Below are positions 36,684-45,022 of a DNA stretch of 64,000 nucleotides, in pieces. How positions within the stretch are numbered: position 1 is the stretch's first letter; each line of letters begins with the position of its first letter. Below the pieces are notes generated by a model. The model did not search any database. It had not been told where the DNA came from and saw only the letters and a program-made list of their open reading frames with translations. Position numbers and translations under genes: made by a program. The stretch comes from a virus, in the IMG/VR virus record IMGVR_UViG_3300007504_000003, positions 1-64,000 of that record. One strand, given 5' to 3'.

Positions 36684-37408
36684 AGGAGTGGCTTCAGGAG
36701 CGAGTGTCTTCGGCTCAGGATCTCTTCTACGTGGGTGAAGACTACGTCTTGGGTCGCGGCGTCCCGGAACCTCTGGCCCTTCGCCTGGGGATGGGCGTGT
36801 GGTCGGACATTCCACCCCCGACCCCGCACCCGGACCCGCTCTTTCGGGAGCGTCATGGCTCATATGGGGAGAAGCTGGAGGGAATGCTGGTGACGCCCCT
36901 GTACTCGCCCCGAGGCGAGTTGATCGGGGCGGAGTGTCGTGGGATGGAGCAGAAGCAACTCGTCCGGCTTCTGCTCCCAGAAGCCAAGTGGAATCCGGTG
37001 TTCCTGGGTCTTGATTTTGAAGCGGCTACCCAGATTCACACGGGCGGCGACGTCTGGGTTTGCGAGGGTCTCTTTGACCTGGGAGCCTTGAGTCATGTAG
37101 TCCCTCAGGAGGACACGGTGCTGGCGTCTATGTGGGCCCGTCTGTCGAAAAAGCACGTTACCTTCCTCCGGAGGTTTCTCCGGGGTTCGGTCTACGTCGT
37201 GTACGACGAGGACCCTACAGGGCGGAAGGGCGTGCTGGGTTGGGTGGACGAGAAAACCAAGCGGACATATTGGGGAGCCCTCCGTTCCCTGAGGGCTGCT
37301 GGTATTACGTGCCAGGATGTACGCTACAGAGGTGGCGGAGATCCTGGTGAGATTTGGGAAAAAACCGGTTCGGAGGGTCTGCGACAGGCCCTCGCGACTT
37401 ACCTGTGA
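36680..37408 (+). CDS. Toprim-domain DNA primase catalytic core (no Zn-binding domain)
   Basis: PLYSPRGELIG, VCEGLFD, YDEDPTG and GDPGE. Confidence 0.75.
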   Translation: MKEWLQERVSSAQDLFYVGEDYVLGRGVPEPLALRLGMGVWSDIPPPTPHPDPLFRERHGSYGEKLEGMLVTPLYSPRGELIGAECRGMEQKQLVRLLLPEAKWNPVFLGLDFEAATQIHTGGDVWVCEGLFDLGALSHVVPQEDTVLASMWARLSKKHVTFLRRFLRGSVYVVYDEDPTGRKGVLGWVDEKTKRTYWGALRSLRAAGITCQDVRYRGGGDPGEIWEKTGSEGLRQALATYL

Positions 37409-37410
37409 GG

Positions 37411-37995
37411 ATGAAGATGGCTGTGAAGTTCTATCCTGCTAACGACACTATCTGGAAGTCGATGAAGGACCGGGTCTTTCAGGACCACCATGATCTCGTC
37501 GCGGTGATTGACGGGATCGCGGTGATGTTTCGGGACACGGCTCCGAAGGAGAACGGGATCGCTATCCCCTTCCAGGTGAAGAGGGCCCCGGGCGTGCTGG
37601 GGGGCCTCAGCGAGGTCCGGATCGAGTACGCCTTCTTCATCATCTTGTCGGCGGATCTCTGGGATCGGGCTTCGTCCAGGGAGAAGGACGCCTGGATGGA
37701 CTCGGCTCTCTGTGCCTGCTCTGCGGAGGAGGACACGGAGTCTGGAGAGACGAAGACCAAGCTCCGGAAGCCCGACGCCTGGGGCTTCCGGGATGCTATC
37801 CGTAGGCACGGCATCAAGGCCCTCTTCCCGCCCGTGGACAGCCAGGATGAAGTAGCGGACGGCAACAACATCCTGAACCTCTTGCAGGCTCCCAAGCCTG
37901 CGACGAAGAGGGTCCCGGGTGACGGTCCGGAGGTTGAGGCCGATTCCGCTCCGGAGCCCGAGGAAGCTAGCCTGGAAGTGGCGGCAGAGGCGTAG
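37411..37995 (+). CDS. Phage metallopeptidase-like protein, apparently lacking HExxH
   Basis: FFIILSADLW...AWMDSALCAC...LRKPD..GFRDAIRRHG scaffold. Confidence 0.55.
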   Translation: MKMAVKFYPANDTIWKSMKDRVFQDHHDLVAVIDGIAVMFRDTAPKENGIAIPFQVKRAPGVLGGLSEVRIEYAFFIILSADLWDRASSREKDAWMDSALCACSAEEDTESGETKTKLRKPDAWGFRDAIRRHGIKALFPPVDSQDEVADGNNILNLLQAPKPATKRVPGDGPEVEADSAPEPEEASLEVAAEA

Positions 37996-38015
37996 TCTCT
38001 TAGAGGAGGTGCCTC

Positions 38016-39374
38016 GTGGCGTGGGATACTCAGTATCGGCCGGCGGGCTATGAAGCCGTCGTGGGTCAAGAATCCCACGCGGCGATTCTGCGGGAGATCG
38101 TCTCGGCAGGGGCCGGGTTTGAGCAGAGCTACGTGTTTTCTGGGCCTTTTGGGTCGGGCAAGACGACGATGGGCCGGATCCTCGCCCGAGCTTTGCTCTG
38201 CGATGATCCGCAGAGGGGTAATCCCTGCGACGCCTGCCTCTCCTGTCGAAACATCCTCCGGTCGGGGTCTTCTGAGTCTTTCGTGGAAGTGGACGCCGCT
38301 ACGAACAGCGGCAAGGAGGATATCCGAGGGATCGTGGAGAGCCTCCAGTATGCGACGTTCTCAGGGACCCGTCGTATCTACCTCTTTGATGAGGCTCACC
38401 AGCTCTCCAAGGGAGCCCTGGACGCCCTCCTCAAGGTCATGGAGGATTGCATCCCCGGGACGGAGGACAAGTGGCTGATCTGCATCTTCTGTACGACGGC
38501 TCCGGAGAGCATGAGCGCGACGATCTTCGATCGTTGTGCCCCCTCGTTCACCATCAAAAAATGTACGCCAGAGCAGGTCGCGGACCGCCTCGCCTACATC
38601 TGCGATGAGGAGTCGGTGGTCTATGACAGAGCGACCCTGGAGCTGATCGCGGCCGTTAAGAAGTGCCACTTCCGGGGAGCCATCAAAGCGATGGAGACCG
38701 TCGCGAAGTTTGGCAGCGTGGACCGGACCAATACGGCTCGCGTCTTGAATCTGGGGGCCTTCGACGCTTATTTAGCGATTCTTGAGCAGATCGGTCAAGA
38801 TGAAGCGGCTTGTCAGGTCGCGGTGGACGGTCTCCTGCGCTCGACGAGCCCGGCGAGCGTTTACCACGCCCTGACTGATCTCTTCATGGTGGCTTACCGG
38901 GCGGTTCTGGGTGCCGGCTCCATCCCCTTGTACCTGGATAAAACCCGTGTGAAATCAGCAGGGAAGCTGCATGGTAGCTTTCTCGTGGCCTTCGCGACTC
39001 ACATGTCTTCCAGACTGGCCCGCCCCTCAGAGGCCACGCTTCGATGTGATCTCTCGTTGCTTCATCAGATAAGAGTGGGTACTCCTGTTAGGACCCCCGC
39101 GGCTGCGGTTGTTGTTCCACAACCCGCCGTGAAGTCTCAGCCGGAGAAAGCTGAGGCTCCCTCGGGAGATGATCCCGGTAAGGTGTCCCTACAAGTCCGA
39201 AACATCGGAGGAGTACACGTTGATGAGAGAGCAGTCAACCGGGAGACTCGAAAGCGGCTGGAGGATCAGCCAACCCCGATGGGGTTGCGGGGGATGTTGT
39301 CCCCGGAGCAGTTTCGGGTTGAACTTGGCACTCTCTTGGACCGTCTAAGTCACGATGACAGGCGACCTGCGTGA
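38016..39374 (+). CDS. dnaX: DNA polymerase III gamma/tau clamp-loader ATPase
   Basis: YRP..VVGQ, GPFGSGKTT, Zn module C..PCDACLSC, EVDAAT, FDEAHQLS and FCTT. Confidence 0.92.
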   Translation: MAWDTQYRPAGYEAVVGQESHAAILREIVSAGAGFEQSYVFSGPFGSGKTTMGRILARALLCDDPQRGNPCDACLSCRNILRSGSSESFVEVDAATNSGKEDIRGIVESLQYATFSGTRRIYLFDEAHQLSKGALDALLKVMEDCIPGTEDKWLICIFCTTAPESMSATIFDRCAPSFTIKKCTPEQVADRLAYICDEESVVYDRATLELIAAVKKCHFRGAIKAMETVAKFGSVDRTNTARVLNLGAFDAYLAILEQIGQDEAACQVAVDGLLRSTSPASVYHALTDLFMVAYRAVLGAGSIPLYLDKTRVKSAGKLHGSFLVAFATHMSSRLARPSEATLRCDLSLLHQIRVGTPVRTPAAAVVVPQPAVKSQPEKAEAPSGDDPGKVSLQVRNIGGVHVDERAVNRETRKRLEDQPTPMGLRGMLSPEQFRVELGTLLDRLSHDDRRPA

Positions 39375-39894
39375 TGCACCGACCTGGGTGGTTCTTGAAC
39401 TGACAAGTGCCGGGGAGGCCCTTGCCCGAGAGGGCGGTTTGGAAAAAGCCCTCCGAGATCATCTCGGGGTGGATTCAAGCCACCCTGTCTTTGTCCCCTG
39501 CGTCCGATTTACTCAGCAAGAGAGGACTGTCTCCATTTGTCTCATGGAGGGCTACGCTTTCGTTGCTTCGGGTCTGGGGGATTCGGATTATGTCGCCCTG
39601 GAGCGCGATTGCCCTTATGTCCGGTCGGTGCTCTCTCAGCCCGGAAGGGTCCGGACCCTCAAGGTCGTCCAGCAGCGTTCTATTGACGACATGAGGAAGC
39701 AGCTCGCGGAGCAAATCGCCTCCGATATCGAGGAAGGAATGACCGTCGTTGTCAACGACGGTCTTTACTCGTCTCTGGAGGGCGAGGTTTTGCTTCTTGA
39801 CGGAGATCATGCAAAGGTGATGTTCACCATGAGATCACTGAAGAGTGTCCAAACCATCCCGCGGGCTTTTCTTTCCCCGTTGGAAGATCAATAG
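39355..39894 (+). CDS. NusG-family transcription factor (NGN plus KOW)
   Basis: WVVLEL, VFVP, LMEGYAFV, YVRSVL and KOW EEGMTVVVNDGLYSSLEGEV. Confidence 0.8.
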   Translation: MTGDLRDAPTWVVLELTSAGEALAREGGLEKALRDHLGVDSSHPVFVPCVRFTQQERTVSICLMEGYAFVASGLGDSDYVALERDCPYVRSVLSQPGRVRTLKVVQQRSIDDMRKQLAEQIASDIEEGMTVVVNDGLYSSLEGEVLLLDGDHAKVMFTMRSLKSVQTIPRAFLSPLEDQ

Positions 39895-39903
39895 GAGAGA
39901 GGT

Positions 39904-40515
39904 ATGCGAGGTTGGTGGGGCGGTCACAAGGTTTTGGATCCCGCGGAGTTGGAGGCACGGTTTTCCAACGAGGACGGGTTGGGTGCCCTGGGGATCTCTC
40001 ATCGGGATCATCTGGATGATGTGCAGGAAGCCCAGATGGAGCGAGTCCGGGAGGCTCTTCGGAGCATCCCTCACCGCGAGGCGGATTTCATTGAGCTGTA
40101 CGTGTTCAAGCGTCGTAAGCAGACGGATATCGCAGCGATTTTCGGAGTAAGTCAACCGACGGTCAGCTACCGGCTGAAGCGGGCGTCGGCCCGGATTCGG
40201 TACCTGATTGAGCTGCCCCCTCTGAAGCAGGGGGAGCTGGAGGTCGTCCTCAAACGGACACTGGATGACCCTCTGGATGTTCAGATTATGCTGCTGATGT
40301 TTGAGACCACCTGCCAGAGCGAGGTGGCGAAGAGGCTGGGGGTCTCTCAGGGGTTGGTCAGGCACCGGTTCTTGCGGTCGATCAAACGCCTGGATGAAGC
40401 CGGCGGGTGCCAGAAGTATGCGGATTTGTTCCGGTATGTGTATAAGAATCTAAATATGTTGCGTGAAGTTCAGCGTCCCCAATGCCAGTCCACGATGACC
40501 TACCTGCTGGACTAG
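39904..40515 (+). CDS. Tandem sigma70 region-4 HTH regulator
   Basis: KQTDIAAIFGVSQPTVSYRLKRA and CQSEVAKRLGVSQGLVRHRFLRS. Confidence 0.75.
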   Translation: MRGWWGGHKVLDPAELEARFSNEDGLGALGISHRDHLDDVQEAQMERVREALRSIPHREADFIELYVFKRRKQTDIAAIFGVSQPTVSYRLKRASARIRYLIELPPLKQGELEVVLKRTLDDPLDVQIMLLMFETTCQSEVAKRLGVSQGLVRHRFLRSIKRLDEAGGCQKYADLFRYVYKNLNMLREVQRPQCQSTMTYLLD

Positions 40516-40527
40516 TCGATATTCGGT

Positions 40528-40547
40528 CTATTCAGGGCCAGGAGTAG
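40528..40547 (+). promoter_or_regulatory. Candidate late promoter CTAT-N12-GTAG
   Basis: CTAT TCAGGGCCAGGA GTAG at the start of the morphogenesis block. Confidence 0.5.
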
Positions 40548-40562
40548 AAACCCTGGATAGAC

Positions 40563-40877
40563 GTGAGCACGATCCTCTCAGTTCATCGAGTTGTCCTCGC
40601 CCGCACCGTGGCTCGACGGTGGCTGGAGGCTCAGGCTCGCCCTGAGTACCGGGTGAAGGTCTTCTTCAATGGTGAGCGAGACGGGCGGGGTGTGGGGAAG
40701 CTCCTGCATCTTTACCGGGATGGGAAGACCAAGGTCGGCGGCGTTGAGCCCATCTTGGACCTCGGGATCCGAGAAGAGTTCGATCATCTCGTACTTTGGT
40801 CCGAGGACCAGGAAGCGATGGTTCGTCTCAGCGAGTGGTTTGAGAAGAAGGGCTACGAGACCACCGGAGTCTGGTAA
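40563..40877 (+). CDS. Hypothetical protein
   Basis: N-terminal RTVARRWL tag. Confidence 0.65.
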   Translation: MSTILSVHRVVLARTVARRWLEAQARPEYRVKVFFNGERDGRGVGKLLHLYRDGKTKVGGVEPILDLGIREEFDHLVLWSEDQEAMVRLSEWFEKKGYETTGVW

Positions 40878-41308
40878 TGGCCGGAACGCTCATTCTCAGC
40901 GAGTTCACGTTCCGCTCCGGGGCGAGTAGTGCCAGCTACTACTATTTCACCATCGTCTCAGACTCCTCGGGGAACCTCTCGGTCAGGAACCTGACTGCAC
41001 CCACAGGTCTGCTTCAGGATTCTCTGACTGAGCTACCGCAGTCGGTCACGGACGATATCAGCTCTGCCTACACCACGGTGGAGGATTTCTTGGCTTCAAC
41101 TAGTGCGATCAGTGGTGAGGTGACCTTCACCGCGGAGACTTCCAAGAGCGTGACCTTCACGACGGCTCTCAACTCCGCTACCTACTCGGTGTTCTTCGAC
41201 TCTGACGCTTTCGTTCCTTTCAAGGCTACTTCTAAGGCGACGACGGGCTTCACGATCGAGGCAGGCACGACGTTTACCGGCACCGTCCGTTACAACGTCT
41301 TCCTCTAA
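40877..41308 (+). CDS. Putative virion structural protein (beta-rich)
   Basis: Thr/Ser/Phe-rich; C-terminal module shared with the next gene. Confidence 0.6.
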   Translation: MAGTLILSEFTFRSGASSASYYYFTIVSDSSGNLSVRNLTAPTGLLQDSLTELPQSVTDDISSAYTTVEDFLASTSAISGEVTFTAETSKSVTFTTALNSATYSVFFDSDAFVPFKATSKATTGFTIEAGTTFTGTVRYNVFL

Positions 41309-41317
41309 GGACCGAAG

Positions 41318-42511
41318 ATGCCCGACAACTTCCAGGTGGACCAGCTTCAGATTGAGCCCGGCAGCGGAGATACTCTGACGGTGAGTCGGGACGCGACCGC
41401 GGGGGCGATGAAGTTTATCGACGCGGTGGAGACTTCAGGGCTCTTGCTCTCTCAGCTCGCGGGTCTCCAAACGATCACTGGCATTCTGATGGTCGGCCGG
41501 GCAGGCTCGGGGGCTCAGTACACCACCATCCAGTCAGCGATCGACGCTGTCTCGGGAGCCACCGCGGCCTCCCCGACGTTGATCCTGATCGGTCCCGGCA
41601 CCTACACCGAGAACCTGACCATTGATGAGGACGGGGTTTGTCTGGTGGGTCTGGGTCGGGTTGTTCTCCAGCCCAGCACCGCAACCAGTCCGACGATCAC
41701 GATTCAGGCGGGGTCCGGAATCCCTCTCTTCACCCTCCTGCGGAACCTTCGGGTGGAGCACACGGGGGACGGGGAGGACTGCGTTTACATCGTGGGTGGG
41801 GCCAGTTCGACCGTCGCCAGCACGGGAGTCTACCTCCACGATTGCGATCTGATTGCCTCCGGGGTCGGGACCTACAACATCCGAGCCTCCGCGGTTAATC
41901 ACATTCGGGTGGTCGGCGGGTCCTGGGAAGGGTCCAGCTCGACAGCGGTCTGCTCGGTTGCTAACTGCGCTTCGTTTCACCTGGAGCGGGTGGCTCGGGT
42001 CATAGACCTCCAGCTCTCCTATGACACCGCGAATTCTCGACCCTCGGTCACGACTTCAGAGTACAAGGTGGTGGGTTGCTCTCAGATAGGAGCCTCGACC
42101 AATGACTTGGACGGGGCAGGGAGCCTCCTTTATGCCGGCTGCCCTTCCGTTGGTGCCATTACGATCGGCGGAGATCGGACCCTGACCCTGGTGGGGTCTC
42201 GGGTGGGGAATCTGGTTCTCAATGAGACGATTGCTTGTACTCGTATCGGAGGAGCCCGGGGGACGCTGACAGGGGATGGAACGATGACGGAGTCCGGGGT
42301 GATGGCTGTGGTGGCTTTTTCTTCGGAGACCTCCAAGGCGGTTCTCTTCGACGCTGACATGCCTGATACCAGCTACGCGGTCCATCTCGATTGGGAGGAT
42401 ACCAGCCTCACAGCAGCGGTGACCTCCCGGGCAACGACGGGGTTCACGATCTCGACAAGTGCTAGCTACACGGGCAACGTGTCCTACACAGTCACAAGGC
42501 AGATGACATGA
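41318..42511 (+). CDS. Putative virion fibre/appendage protein with beta-helix-like region
   Basis: QYTTIQSAIDA..IGPGTYTENLTI (pectin-lyase-like start) and C-terminal ATTGFTI module. Confidence 0.6.
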   Translation: MPDNFQVDQLQIEPGSGDTLTVSRDATAGAMKFIDAVETSGLLLSQLAGLQTITGILMVGRAGSGAQYTTIQSAIDAVSGATAASPTLILIGPGTYTENLTIDEDGVCLVGLGRVVLQPSTATSPTITIQAGSGIPLFTLLRNLRVEHTGDGEDCVYIVGGASSTVASTGVYLHDCDLIASGVGTYNIRASAVNHIRVVGGSWEGSSSTAVCSVANCASFHLERVARVIDLQLSYDTANSRPSVTTSEYKVVGCSQIGASTNDLDGAGSLLYAGCPSVGAITIGGDRTLTLVGSRVGNLVLNETIACTRIGGARGTLTGDGTMTESGVMAVVAFSSETSKAVLFDADMPDTSYAVHLDWEDTSLTAAVTSRATTGFTISTSASYTGNVSYTVTRQMT

Positions 42512-42636
42512 TGAGAGAGGCCCGGGTCGCGTCCCGTTGGCTTACAGCTTCCCTGACCTTTCAGGAGTTGGCGGCGGGGGTCATCGAGTTGACCCAACGG
42601 GGCCGTAAAATGAGACTACTCCAGCCCCGTCGTTGA
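42508..42636 (+). CDS. 42-aa peptide beginning with the RVASRWL tag
   Basis: Not in the ORF track. MMREARVASRWLTASLTFQELAAGVIELTQRGRKMRLLQPRR; ATGA overlap with the upstream stop. Confidence 0.45.
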   Translation: MMREARVASRWLTASLTFQELAAGVIELTQRGRKMRLLQPRR

Positions 42637-42649
42637 GTAGGGTCAAGGC

Positions 42650-43036
42650 ATGGCCGAGGTTCCCTACACTAGTTTCGATGAGTTCACGGGGGACGTGTTG
42701 GACTCTGATGTACCTGTCATGGTCCAGTTCACGGCTTCCTGGTGCGGTCCCTGCAAGGCGATGGAGCCTTCACTGATCCAGATCCATGATGTTCTGGTGG
42801 CCTCAAAGACGGGTCGGGTGGTGAAGGTAGATGTTGAACAGGACATGGAGCTGGCTGAGCAGTTTGAGGTCCGGACGGTGCCTACATTCATCCTCTTCTG
42901 GGATGGCGATCCCGTTGATCGTTCTATCGGTGCCGTGGGGATGCAGGGCATCGTAAATCTCTTCACCCGGAATTCTTCCCATGCAGAAGCCCCTGAGTCC
43001 TCTTCAGAGACAGGTGATTCGTCTGGGGCAGGTTGA
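42650..43036 (+). CDS. trxA: Thioredoxin
   Basis: FTASWCGPCK and VRTVPT. Confidence 0.93.
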   Translation: MAEVPYTSFDEFTGDVLDSDVPVMVQFTASWCGPCKAMEPSLIQIHDVLVASKTGRVVKVDVEQDMELAEQFEVRTVPTFILFWDGDPVDRSIGAVGMQGIVNLFTRNSSHAEAPESSSETGDSSGAG

Positions 43037-43259
43037 GCCTGAGCTGAGATCTGGACTTCTTCAGCTATTGAAAGAGGCTGGGTACAAGGGCAACCCGGAT
43101 GGGAAAGATATCTACCCGAATGAGATAGACCATGGTTACGACCAGCCCCTCGCTGGGGGGACGGACGTAATGAAGCGGCTTCAGGACCGCCTGCTCCACG
43201 AGCAGGGTCGTCCTCCTCGGGACAAGAACCCGGTGCTCAAGGGAGCCTCGAATGAATGA
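42981..43259 (+). CDS. Small hypothetical protein
   Basis: LQRQVIRLGQVEPELRSGLL module; coupled to the next gene. Confidence 0.55.
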   Translation: MQKPLSPLQRQVIRLGQVEPELRSGLLQLLKEAGYKGNPDGKDIYPNEIDHGYDQPLAGGTDVMKRLQDRLLHEQGRPPRDKNPVLKGASNE

Positions 43260-43887
43260 CGATTTCTGGAAGAGCCTCATGGGCAGCGAGTTCGGTGAGC
43301 GGGATGCTTTCGGCGGTTTCCTTGAGGACGAACCTGTGCCTGAAGCGGGTCTGGAGGCCCTATTCCCTCAGGGAACCCAAGGCGGCCCCCCTGAGGTCAA
43401 CTACTTCAGCGATCACGAGGTAGGTGGGGATTACTTCAGCCAAGTGGTCAACCTGACCGACAAGCTGAAGGAGGCCAACGCGGTCCCGGAGCACCCCCCA
43501 GCGGGGACCCGGGTGCGGTTCAAGGTCAACCTGGGCTCCGTGCTCACCTACGACGATGTGCCCGAAGGAGAGTCCATCGGTGAGGTGGTCACGGTTCGGA
43601 CGGCGGCGGGTGATTTGACGGAGTACAACGGTCTCGTCTTCACCCTCTGGCCTGATGGCAAGGTTCGTCCAATCGCCGCGAATCACTTGTGGTTGGAAGA
43701 GGTCCCTTCGCCCCCGGCTGCGACCAAGCGAGTCGCCAACCTGGGTGATCTCAACGGGTTCCTTCGGGTCGCCGCGGACACCCTGATCAACAAAGCGACG
43801 CGGGATCTCTGGTCTGTCCGGAAGGACGGGAAGGACTTCGTGATCGAGCGTCTCTTCCGCGATGATGGAAACCCCCTGAAGGCTTAG
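43252..43887 (+). CDS. Hypothetical protein with an SH3-like middle region
   Basis: GTRVRF...GEVVTV...LVFTLWPDGK. Confidence 0.6.
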   Translation: MNDDFWKSLMGSEFGERDAFGGFLEDEPVPEAGLEALFPQGTQGGPPEVNYFSDHEVGGDYFSQVVNLTDKLKEANAVPEHPPAGTRVRFKVNLGSVLTYDDVPEGESIGEVVTVRTAAGDLTEYNGLVFTLWPDGKVRPIAANHLWLEEVPSPPAATKRVANLGDLNGFLRVAADTLINKATRDLWSVRKDGKDFVIERLFRDDGNPLKA

Positions 43888-43896
43888 GATTTAGAC

Positions 43897-44115
43897 ATGT
43901 CCTCTCGACCTGACACGACCCTCTGGGATGTAGCCCAGCTCAACGCTGGGAAATCCGCAGACGCCCGGCCTTTCAGTGGTTCTCACAGCAACCGAAGGGT
44001 TGCTTCCGAGGTGGCTCTTCGTCGGAAGGCGATTCGGCTTGCTTCCGTGACGGAGAACCCGGAGCTGAAGACGGCTCTCCTGGGGGAGCTGAGGAAGGAT
44101 ATTCGTCGAGCATGA
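43897..44115 (+). CDS. Small hypothetical protein
   Basis: LRRKAIRLASVTENPELKTALL module. Confidence 0.55.
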   Translation: MSSRPDTTLWDVAQLNAGKSADARPFSGSHSNRRVASEVALRRKAIRLASVTENPELKTALLGELRKDIRRA

Positions 44116-44357
44116 GTCTACGAGACCTCATCAATCAAGATACCTCCCTGGCTCCATTTACGGGGTCCAGTGCTCCTCCTGGTTTGACGGAGGAGGAGTT
44201 TCTTGCTCGTCAAGCTTCGGATTCCCAGCACATGACGATGAGTGAGTTGAAGGAGAGCCTGGGCCACCCGGGTCGGGTTGAAAAGGTGGCGGATACGGAG
44301 CGGGGACCCTTTACGGGAGCCTTGGTATATCGGGGGCCTCCTCTCACGACTCGGTGA
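44112..44357 (+). CDS. Small hypothetical protein
   Basis: ATGA-coupled to the previous gene. Confidence 0.5.
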   Translation: MSLRDLINQDTSLAPFTGSSAPPGLTEEEFLARQASDSQHMTMSELKESLGHPGRVEKVADTERGPFTGALVYRGPPLTTR

Positions 44358-44362
44358 GGAGC

Positions 44363-44382
44363 CTATACCTCTGGTGGAGTTG
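44363..44382 (+). promoter_or_regulatory. Candidate late promoter CTAT-N12-GTTG
   Basis: CTAT ACCTCTGGTGGA GTTG upstream of 44402. Confidence 0.45.
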
Positions 44383-44401
44383 AGACCTCAGGAGACTCCC
44401 C

Positions 44402-45022
44402 TTGACCCCCTCAGCTTCCCGAGTAGCTGACCGTTACTTGAAAGCGAAGGCCCGTTCCCGCACCGCGGGCGAGGTCATTTTCAAGAAGGACCGGAGCGGC
44501 GACCGCAACGAGTGGGCCTGGAATGATCACGCTCCCTCTGCTCGGGAGATGGACGAGGGGTTTGTGTTCGACCCCCGCCAGCTCAAGCCCCTCGCCCAGG
44601 TGCTTCGGTCTACCCTGGCTGGTTTGGGCCATGTCTCCAGTGCTCACCAGAATTTTCTCAAGGTCAAGAGCGCGAGGGTGAGCCCAGATGGGAACCTCGG
44701 AGGACGGGGTTACATCCAGAAGATCGCGGACATGCGGCGGGGGTTCATGAACGTCTGCGAGGCCCTGTCTGCGTTATCCGATACCCTCTATGATGAGATC
44801 AACGCCCCTCATTGGAACCCTGAGGCAGCCGTGGACAAGCGGGAGCGGGAAGAGGTTCAGGATATCGTGGACGACGCTGAAGAGATTCGTCGGGACCCGG
44901 AAGGTTGGGCGAAAGAGGAAGAGGCGGAGATGGACGCCGAGCATGACAAGATGGCTTCTTCTGAGCGGGTACAGATGAGGAATCGGGTCGCTCACCGTTC
45001 CTTGTCCCGGAGGATTGGCTGA
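44402..45022 (+). CDS. Hypothetical (putative head-associated) protein
   Basis: Starts SRVADRYL and ends RVAHRSL; TTG start with GGAG. Confidence 0.65.
   Translation: MTPSASRVADRYLKAKARSRTAGEVIFKKDRSGDRNEWAWNDHAPSAREMDEGFVFDPRQLKPLAQVLRSTLAGLGHVSSAHQNFLKVKSARVSPDGNLGGRGYIQKIADMRRGFMNVCEALSALSDTLYDEINAPHWNPEAAVDKREREEVQDIVDDAEEIRRDPEGWAKEEEAEMDAEHDKMASSERVQMRNRVAHRSLSRRIG

Noticed and set aside
38545-38565. A-run in dnaX as a programmed -1 frameshift (gamma/tau)
   Set aside because: Only six As (C AAA AAA T), inside the AAA+ core rather than after domain III, with no evident stimulatory hairpin.
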